Positions 61,004 through 64,000 of a stretch of DNA of 64,000 nt are shown here, piece by piece. Source of the stretch: Pirellulaceae bacterium (GTDB taxonomy: Bacteria; Planctomycetota; Planctomycetia; Pirellulales; Pirellulaceae); assembly GCA_034408855.1 (NCBI GenBank), contig JAWXCK010000253.1, positions 12,730 to 76,729 of the forward strand, read 5' to 3'. The first letter of the stretch is position 1. Each line of letters opens with the position of its first letter. The translations under genes were made by a program, and so were the position numbers. Under the pieces are notes generated by a model. The model did not search any database and had not been told where the DNA came from. It saw only the letters and a list, made by a program, of their open reading frames with translations.

Positions 61004-61109
61004 GCTGGCGGTGCTGGAGCAGCGGCTGGTCAAGACCCGCGCCCTTAAGCAAGGCATGAAGCAGGAACTCCTCACCGGCAAAACTCGGCTGGTGCAACGA
61101 AATACATAA
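60984..61109 (+). repeat. hsdS 3' conserved-region segment, copy 2 (remnant)
   Basis: Encodes LTEMDAELAVLEQRLVKTRALKQGMKQELLTGKTRLVQRNT*. By hand alignment 95 of 108 nt are identical to copy 1. It is not in frame with ORF A. Confidence 0.85.
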
Positions 61110-61111
61110 CC

Positions 61112-61744
61112 ATGCCCAAGCTGAATACCACAACTAGTCCGTTGTCTCCTACGATTGAATTGACGCAGTCATACATGCGTAAATGGGGGACGTTGGAAAA
61201 ATACAAGTTCCAGGAGGATTCGCTAAGTTTGCTGTTCCAGGAATTCTGCCCAAATAATTCCGACATCGTCCATGTGTTGCTGAAGGTGAGCGCTTTGAAC
61301 GACTTCTACACCACCAACATTTACGATACGCATTCCGTGGCGAAACATATCATCGCGAGTGATGTCGATAGTCGAATAGCTGACGGCGACTGTTCGTTGG
61401 TGAATCAAATGGCCTCTGTCGTCGTGGGCGGCAAAATCCGTAATTTTTACTCGTTCGCCTCAAAGTATTGCAACCATCACAACCCCGAAGCGTTTCCCAT
61501 CTACGACTCTTACGTCGAGAAGATGCTGCTGCATTTTAGGGACGCGCACAATTTCGCTCAATTCAGCAAGGCCGAGTTAAAGCAATACAGCCGGTTCGTG
61601 GCGATTATCCACTCTTTTAGGCAACACTACTCGCTTGAGCAATTTTCTCTTCGGCAGATTGCCATCTATCTCTGGCTGGCTGGAAAAGATTCATTTGGAA
61701 GATTCCTCCAGAAGCAAACGAAAGAAATAAAGGATCGACCTTGA
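61112..61744 (+). CDS. hypothetical protein (ORF B)
   Basis: 210 aa. The ATG lies 2 nt after the stop of hsdS-end copy 2. Probably helical (LLKVSALNDFYTTNIYDTHSVAKHI...SFASKYCNHHNPEAFPIYDSYV). Family not recognised. Confidence 0.5.
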   Translation: MPKLNTTTSPLSPTIELTQSYMRKWGTLEKYKFQEDSLSLLFQEFCPNNSDIVHVLLKVSALNDFYTTNIYDTHSVAKHIIASDVDSRIADGDCSLVNQMASVVVGGKIRNFYSFASKYCNHHNPEAFPIYDSYVEKMLLHFRDAHNFAQFSKAELKQYSRFVAIIHSFRQHYSLEQFSLRQIAIYLWLAGKDSFGRFLQKQTKEIKDRP

Positions 61745-61749
61745 ACACG

Positions 61750-61863
61750 CTGACAGATATCGTCGTGGAGCTGGCGGTGCTGGAGCAGAGGCAGACCAAG
61801 ACCAGCACGCTGAAGCAGCGCATGATGCGAGAACTTTTAGCCGGAAGGACGCGATTGGTATGA
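61750..61863 (+). repeat. hsdS 3' conserved-region segment, copy 3 (more diverged remnant)
   Basis: Encodes LTDIVVELAVLEQRQTKTSTLKQRMMRELLAGRTRLV*. By hand alignment about 83 of 108 nt are identical to copy 1. Its stop overlaps the next ATG (ATGA at 61860-61863). Confidence 0.8.
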
Positions 61864-62699
61864 CGGATAATAATAAGGTCGAACCTCCATCGATAGCGAC
61901 GTTCTACGTCGATGAAGCCGGAGATGGCATTCTCTTTGGGCCAATGGGACGCAACCGGTTGGATGATCCTGACGCACCAAAATTCTTCATGCTTGGCATG
62001 GTTCGTTGTACGGTCGACGCCGAAGCGGAGGCGGCGCTGAGTGCGCTTCGGGCGTCATTGCTCGCCAATCCATTGTATGCGACGATTCATACTATGCGAC
62101 CATCCGTCCAGAAAACCGCTCGTTCGTTTCATGCCAAGGATGATCACGCTGAAGTGCGCGCCAAGGTCTTTGAAGCGCTGCTGGGGCTAGACTTCAAGTT
62201 CTTTGCGGTGATCAAGGATATGCGTTCCGTGTTACGTTATGTTGAAGGGCGTAATCAAATGCACGCGAACTATCGATATCATCCAAACGAGCTTTATGAC
62301 CTTACGGTAAGGATGCTTTTCAAGAATCAACTTCACAAGCACGACCAATATGAAATTACGTTTGCTCGTCGCGGTGCGTCCGATCGCACTAAAGCCCTCG
62401 TTACACAACTCGATTTAGCGAGGCAGGCTTTCATAGCCCAGCATGGGAGAGCTTCGAATTCGTCTCTGGGCATTCATCCAGCGTATCCATGGCAACGCCC
62501 CTGTTTGCAAATAGCTGATTATTGCCTATGGGCATTGCAGAGATGCTACGAACGGCACGAGTGTCGCTTCTTGCAAGCCATTTGGAACAAAGTGTCGTTC
62601 ATTCACGATGTCGACGATCCGAGAAAAACCTACGGTTCGTTTCTAACGCGGAATTCGCCTCCGCCAGACCCAGAGCAAATAAAAAACCGGTGGATATAG
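61860..62699 (+). CDS. DUF3800-like protein
   Basis: 279 aa. N-terminal FYVDEAGDG and C-terminal CLQIADYCLWALQR fit the DUF3800 pattern (DExG ... QxAD). Confidence 0.55.
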   Translation: MTDNNKVEPPSIATFYVDEAGDGILFGPMGRNRLDDPDAPKFFMLGMVRCTVDAEAEAALSALRASLLANPLYATIHTMRPSVQKTARSFHAKDDHAEVRAKVFEALLGLDFKFFAVIKDMRSVLRYVEGRNQMHANYRYHPNELYDLTVRMLFKNQLHKHDQYEITFARRGASDRTKALVTQLDLARQAFIAQHGRASNSSLGIHPAYPWQRPCLQIADYCLWALQRCYERHECRFLQAIWNKVSFIHDVDDPRKTYGSFLTRNSPPPDPEQIKNRWI

Positions 62700-62817
62700 G
62701 TTTCACTGGTCGTTGACCCGAAACACACGGCATGAAGCCGAATTTTGTCCACCGGTTCGACTACAACTATACACACCATTATCGAAGAATTCAAATACCA
62801 TCAAGGAAAAAACGGGA

Positions 62818-62946
62818 ATGTCACCGAGAGCTGAAAAGTTGCTCAAAAGGCTCATTAAACGGGCACAATATCTAGCTTATTGCACACGACGAGAAGACCC
62901 ATCACCGAAAAACTCTAATGAACAATTGATCCATGGAGACTCCTAA
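62818..62946 (+). CDS. possible 42-aa micro-ORF directly abutting the GIY-YIG gene
   Basis: ATG 62818 is preceded by AAGGA about 12 nt upstream. The stop TAA at 62944-62946 is immediately followed by ATG 62947. The product MSPRAEKLLKRLIKRAQYLAYCTRREDPSPKNSNEQLIHGDS is basic and helical. Confidence 0.25.
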   Translation: MSPRAEKLLKRLIKRAQYLAYCTRREDPSPKNSNEQLIHGDS

Positions 62947-63753
62947 ATGCTCGGACTGGTTCCCTATTTGACCGCAAGCGGCGTCAAATTTGACCCCGGC
63001 AACACCAAAATCCACCTCGCTTGTTGGAATGGGATCGAGCACCCACTCGATGTTTTCTACGCTGGAGGATGGCAGGCATGGCAAGATGGTCAGACCAAAC
63101 GAAACTTTGAATGTTCAAATGTTTTAAGCTTGATTGATCTCGGGCGGAGCCACTGGCTGTTTGTCGGCGTTTATGAAGTTCTCAGATGTCAACCGAGCCC
63201 GAAGGGAAATGGACATTTTTTGTACACCACAAAACTGCTTGCAAATCAATCGGAACTCATCGGACGGGTGATTGTCCACCATCAGCGGACGCGGCAGTCG
63301 TATGTTTGGTTTAAACCCGCAATGGAACTGCCGATTGTCGAGATCCGTCGCGAAAAGATGACGATCGCTGATTTTCCTGGCTACAACGCCGTTGTGATCA
63401 ACCACAGTAGTTTGCAGATTATTACACGGCAAAAAATCGCCTCGTGGCACGCTGCCTTGGCCAACATCAAAGGTGTTTATCTTATTGTCGATACCACGAC
63501 CGGAAAGCCTTACGTCGGCAAGGCGTCAGGATCGGTCGGAGTCTGGCAGCGCTGGTGTGCCTATGCCGACAACGGTCACGGTGGCAATGTAGAGTTGAAG
63601 AACGTTTTAAAGGAGAAAGGTTCTGAACACATGCGTAACTTCCAGTATTCCATTTTGGAGATTGCGGATACGCACGCGTCGAACGAAGATATTTTGGAAC
63701 GTGAGTCGTACTGGATGAACGTATTGCGATCGAGGGAGTTTGGATTGAATTGA
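62947..63753 (+). CDS. GIY-YIG nuclease domain protein with unknown N-terminal domain
   Basis: 268 aa. The C-terminal KGVYLIVDTTTGKPYVGKASGSVGVWQRWCAY...GGNVEL...FQYSILEI...ERESYWMNVLRSREFGLN carries the GIY ... YVG ... R ... E ... N elements. Confidence 0.7.
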   Translation: MLGLVPYLTASGVKFDPGNTKIHLACWNGIEHPLDVFYAGGWQAWQDGQTKRNFECSNVLSLIDLGRSHWLFVGVYEVLRCQPSPKGNGHFLYTTKLLANQSELIGRVIVHHQRTRQSYVWFKPAMELPIVEIRREKMTIADFPGYNAVVINHSSLQIITRQKIASWHAALANIKGVYLIVDTTTGKPYVGKASGSVGVWQRWCAYADNGHGGNVELKNVLKEKGSEHMRNFQYSILEIADTHASNEDILERESYWMNVLRSREFGLN

Positions 63754-63821
63754 TTGAACAGCTTTGACACTGAACGATGGCAACCTGGAAATGACTTCGA
63801 AATAGACCGGAACGACTTAGA

Positions 63822-64000
63822 ATGCCTGAACAACCCCGCTCTGAGCGCAAAACACAGAACCGCGTGATTGCTCTGTTCACTGACAAATCGCGTCCAGATT
63901 GCCTCGGCTATCGGCACCTCGGCGATTGGAGCAAGCGCGAGATCAATCGTTGCGTCGAAGTAGAAATACTTCGAGCGAATTTAAAGCAGCGGGGCTATTC
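63822..64000 (+). CDS. hsdR: type I restriction enzyme R subunit HsdR, N-terminal fragment (continues beyond window)
   Basis: My own translation: [59 protein letters not shown]. This resembles the conserved HsdR N-terminus. It is co-directional with hsdMS. Confidence 0.6.
   Translation, partial: MPEQPRSERKTQNRVIALFTDKSRPDCLGYRHLGDWSKREINRCVEVEILRANLKQRGY

Larger units (their letters stand above)
50031..64000. mobile_element. tRNA-Arg-associated genomic island (integrative element remnant); right boundary beyond window
   Basis: An integrase gene lies 147 nt after the tRNA, followed by Xis-like HTH, a Rep-like gene with iterons, a type I R-M operon, nuclease genes and gene fragments. Base composition shifts sharply between blocks. 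Confidence 0.65.

Noticed and set aside
60524-61863. Possibility that ORF A, ORF B and the hsdS-end copies form a phase-variable shufflon of alternative half-hsdS genes
   Set aside because: The repeats are direct, not inverted, so recombination would delete rather than switch. The intervening sequences show no TRD-like motifs in the hsdS-end frame. No recombinase gene is adjacent to the operon. The idea remains a formal alternative to the cassette model.
62713-62817. TTG-initiated 77-aa version of the micro-ORF (62713-62946)
   Set aside because: The upstream 35 codons have no RBS-like sequence and an odd composition. Only the ATG 62818 version, with AAGGA upstream, is retained, and only at low confidence.

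Overview
The first ~50 kb looks like ordinary chromosomal core from a probable Planctomycetota (Pirellulales-like) genome. That assignment is an inference from tandem DUF1559 prepilin-like genes, a fused SecDF, SHD1 and PQQ-propeller paralogs, and abundant palindromic intergenic repeats. The core carries housekeeping and envelope genes: suhB-like, cysteine desulfurase, surE, GT9 heptosyltransferase, LptE-like, recO, coaB, rpsD, lpdA, pyc, secDF, lpxD, lpxI and rdgB. It also carries a five-gene hydroxyproline-type catabolic operon that ends in an ECF sigma factor. A tRNA-Arg(CCG) lies at 49957-50030, and a compositionally mosaic genomic island starts directly after it and runs past the window end. 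The island holds a C-terminally degenerate tyrosine integrase, an Xis-like HTH gene, and a Rep-like gene with an internal iteron cluster. It also holds an orphan PD-(D/E)xK (Cap4/DUF4297-like) nuclease, a truncated N-formylglutamate amidohydrolase gene and a type I restriction-modification operon (hsdM, frameshifted hsdS, start of hsdR). The most interesting signal is inside that operon. The conserved 3' end of hsdS occurs three times in direct orientation. The copies delimit two unrelated ORFs and abut a DUF3800-like gene, which is followed by a micro-ORF and a GIY-YIG nuclease gene before hsdR. This looks like a cassette-type accumulation of uncharacterised, probably defence-related genes anchored on the hsdS 3' end. 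All functional calls come from reading motifs by eye. No database search was run.
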